Source: Euprymna scolopes
Taxonomy: Eukaryota
NCBI GenBank assembly: GCA_053919585.1
Contig: CM132824.1
Strand: one strand, 5' to 3'
DNA: 64,000 nucleotides
Both the position numbers and the translations under genes were made by a program. Within the stretch, counting starts at the first letter, position 1, and the number at the start of each line of letters is the position of its first letter. Below, piece by piece: positions 60,131 to 64,000 of this stretch. Below the pieces are notes generated by a model that made no database searches, was not told the DNA's origin, and saw only the letters and a list, made by a program, of their open reading frames with translations.

Positions 60131-62416
60131 TGTATTATTATGAACCCTCCAAGAATCATCCCAGTCTGTATAAATGCCTCCCTCATCACCATCGTTATAT
60201 GTGTCTTTTCCCAATATGAACTTCTCCTGTCTTAAAATAAGAGCCCACTAGTACACCACATATACATTGATTTGAGTCCGTGATCATTTTATTCTGCAAG
60301 AAAATTAAAATCTACCCCAGGTCATGACGCGGAACACAACAAAAAGACAATGTGAAAAGAAAAAAAAACATAACCTAAAGAAAAAATAAACTGCTGAACG
60401 AAATCCACACATATACACAATAATCAAGAAGAAAAAAAAGAGAAGAGAAACACGCTCAAAATATGAGAAATGTAGTTTTTAAAACATAATCATAAAATAC
60501 TGTCCTTAAAACACACGGAATATGCTAGACCATTAATTGCTAACAATGTCAAAAGAAACAAAAGGAAAAGAATCATATGCTTACACACGAAAAATGTACT
60601 TAAAAAAGAGATGGTATGCGGGAAAAGAAAAAAGAAAGAGTCGTAGAACGAAAAAAATATATATACACTCACATATGTAAAACGTAAGAACAGCAAGTTA
60701 AAAGAGAATTTAGCGAATTCATTGATAAATTAAATCTCTTTGTTTTGAAATATAAAGACACACACGCACAGATAATGTGAAGAAAAAGAAAAATAATGAA
60801 TTTGTATGTACATAAGATGAGTCGGGGTCATTCACTATTCTTACAAAATTTATTGTCAATGTTGAAATTGTTTGAATTTAATCTGTCACTCAAACACTCA
60901 GTCGCATGTACTTTTAAAACAATATGTTATGTGAATAAATATACTTTTGTTGAAAAAAGCATTTTTGAATTTATAGTTGGAGTTTCCAGCTTTCCAGATT
61001 TTTTATTTTGAAAAAGGACAATTTTTTAACAAACTTTGTTGTTATTGTTGTTGTTTTTTTATAAGAAAAAAGTTATAACTGAAACTTTTTTGTCAAGATC
61101 ATCGGTAAAAGTAATATACTGATGTACTTTGTTTTGAAAATAATGTTATATGATGCTGAATATATATTGTAAAAATTGGTTTTAATGTATGTATAATGCA
61201 TTGTATTTGTCGTCAGGAATTCAAACCATAATTTAGTAGATAAATTAAGATGAAAAAAAAACAAGCAATAACGACATTAAGACAAATGGTTGGCCTAGAC
61301 ATAAGTTAGAAGTTTTAGAGAAGTGACATGGGAAAATTACGTAAACGGGTATTTTTAGATGTGATGAGCCAAAATAGAATATTTCTTGTTTTTTTTAATG
61401 TCCATACCATTTGTCGCAAAAAGAGTAACTTGCTACGGGCAGCATTAGATATGCTCTTGTTAGGAAAACATAGATGTGAAACTGCGATATTGTGTGCTTT
61501 TAAAGCAAGCTGCACATGACAGCTTCGCGCAGAATTATGAGTCTCGGCACAATAAATTAAAAAGGCAGGCGTGGAAAAGGATACGAGAATTCCTTAGGGT
61601 ACCAAAGGACTAAAAGTTTCAGTACCACAGGCAAATCACATATAGTAAGAAGAAGGAAGAAAAAGTAAAATATAACGTAAGTATGTAGGACGAAAAGATA
61701 TAACCTTATATTTTTTTAGAGATGTATGAATGTGGGATATCTCTGTTTGGGATCTTGAACGCTCTAATAAAAAAAAAAGAAATATCACAGAAATCTGGGC
61801 CATAGTAAGAATTCAGTTCGCAAGTAGAAATTGTAGCGCAGAGGATAAATGTTATTTTGTTAAGGGTGATATTTTCCAAGTCTTTATCGAGTTCCAAAAC
61901 TCCAAGCAAGGAAATCCGAGTGAATCACTCTGATGAAAAGGCATAATGTAATAATTAGAAGCCAACCACAAGGTTTTAAGTGAATGAGCTTTGATGTATG
62001 TCTCAAAAGAAATGAAATAGTTAGAAAATGAGACAAATCTCTAATTAGTAGAACAACTATGTGAAAGAAAGTATCAGAACACATTTGGACGAATGTATGA
62101 AGAGTAAAATGGGACCTCGGTTAAGGCATAAAGGTGGATGGATGGAGCAACTGATATGGATCATAGGAGGTACTACTCTAACCCTAAAGGGAAGATACCA
62201 GGGAGATCAGATAGAGATTCTGACCTAAATAAAATTTATGGAGTCAGTTTGAAAAACGCTGACTAACAAAGTTTATTTATTTGGGGGGGGGGGTCAGATC
62301 TTTCTCAGTCGAGTGGTTGCACGGGCATAGAGAAAGTGTACTAGAATTTAAAAATGCGTGCATTATTTGAAAAATAGGTAGGAAAGGAGTGTTACCTTAA
62401 GAATAGCCCCTTATTG

Positions 62417-63018
62417 TGTAAGTAAGAAGAACTATTAGATAAGTGCAAATGATATTAGGATAAGGATAGAATCGAACCCTGTAGGCAAGTGTAAAAGATA
62501 ATGGAAAAATGGAATGTTAGAAATTCGGTCTATTGTTAATTCTATTAGAAACAGTTAATTATTTTTTATATCGGAAATAGAGGCGAATATCCATTCTTTT
62601 AGAAATCTAGATATTAAATAGGCCAGTTAAAGAAGAATGGACACTGCAAATTAAAAAGATATTGTTTAAAAAAAGGTTAGATTAGAATTGAGGATTCTCT
62701 TTTTGCCAAAAGTGTGTTTGGACAAACATATGTATTAGTCACGTTAAAACACACTTATGACGTCATAAACACATTCGAGTTCTAAATAGAAGAATGTGAG
62801 TGTTCAGTGATAAGGTCAGTTGTCAGTCAGGTGATCAGGGGAGTTGGTCAAACCGAGTTGAAAGTCGACATTTGATGAGAGATTGTTGGAGAAGCGAAGG
62901 GTAGAATATTAGACTATGTAGATCCAAGTTTGAATTCCTGACCTCATCGACCACCCGATCAGATGAATAAACAAATCACCATTTATGTTTGTAAGTGTTC
63001 GTTTCGTCATTCCTTACA
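62417..63018 (+). mobile_element. ~600-bp LTR-like unit (TGTAAG...CTTACA, internal AATAAA)
   Basis: Short terminal inverted repeat with TG..CA ends, and GATGAATAAA about 50 bp before the end. Homologous to 37887-38478 and 59695-59981. Confidence 0.6.
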
Positions 63019-64000
63019 ACAAAAAGGTAAATGTCTTTTATCATCAACTATAACGAACTTAGTGAAAAACCTTCCAAGTAATATGTGTCCTTCCCTCCAT
63101 CATTATAAGTGAAGCATCTGCTCCTCTCTATATGTGTAATGTTATGACCCTTTACGCTGTGATCATAGCGTAGTATTTGTTAACTTCGGCAAGCGGGGTT
63201 AAGTGTCAAAACATTATTATTATTATTGTTATTGTATTTTTGTTAATTGATTTGAGCGACGGATGGTTGCTGGATCAGTTATTATGATTAGAAGAATAAA
63301 CAATTAAATTGCGAAAGAAATGATTGACGTGTGACTGGCAAAAAAGTATGTGAAAATAGACAATATATGTAAATATTATTTTGGGGTTTTAAATAAACAA
63401 ATAACTAGGTGGATTAGATTGGTATGATTCACGTAAATAGGTGACGTGGGAGAACATATGATGTAGGTGATGTAGTTAGTTTTGGAGAGATTCAGGGAGT
63501 TGAGGATTGACCGACGTCTAGACAGGGGTCGATATACAGCTAGGAGCGGGCTGTAAGAATAGAAAATGTAGAAACTGCAGATCCTGTGAAACCATTTGAG
63601 ATAACTGTAATAAATTCATATTATAAAAATATAAAGAGTTGTTTTAATGGTTTCACAAATAAGAACAGTTGTCTCAATTATATGGTGCTGATCGCTTCAT
63701 GGTTCCTCGCGGAGAAGCAGAAAGTTAAAAGAACTCTTCAAGAAAAAAGGTATGAAGCATATATTATTCTTCTTAAATATGAACTGTAAAAATATCCCGT
63801 GTGATAAGTCTGATACAACATGACTCGGTTTACACGCCAATATCATGCCCTCCTAGCTAAACAACATACATACGATTTATACGTTTATTATCTGTCTGTT
63901 AAAAGAACAATATTTTACATCCACTAGATAACACATGCCACGTTTTAATATATCATCCCCTCCAATATAAACCAATGTACAGCATATATGTATAAGAACT

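Overview
This is AT-rich, microsatellite-rich metazoan intergenic or intronic DNA with many short N gaps. The repeat repertoire suggests an invertebrate, possibly a cephalopod mollusc (inference). I found no convincing host exon, and nearly every recognisable feature is a mobile element. (1) A near-intact ~6.9-kb autonomous-type Helitron on the minus strand (15792-22734). Its RepHel ORF is broken by a single in-frame TAA, and four short non-autonomous Helitrons are also present. (2) An intact single-ORF CR1-like (Zenon-like) LINE encoding APE-RT (32523-35498), plus six truncated relatives in two subfamilies. (3) Two R4/Dong-like restriction-like-endonuclease LINE 3' fragments, one flanked on both sides by (TAA)n. 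(4) Two RTE-like fragments, one ending in three C2H2-like fingers. (5) Two decayed Penelope-like elements (RT/GIY-YIG) in divergent orientation. (6) MITEs, SINE-like heads, a TG..CA LTR-like repeat and degenerate satellites. The most striking unannotated signal is a set of short foldback (head-to-head inverted) elements carrying hammerhead-ribozyme-like cores (CTGANGA-stem-GAAA) from at least five unrelated sequence families. One family reconstructs to a complete type I hammerhead, and another matches the pseudo-LTR of the Penelope-like element in this window. All calls are from reading and hand-aligning the sequence; no searches were run.
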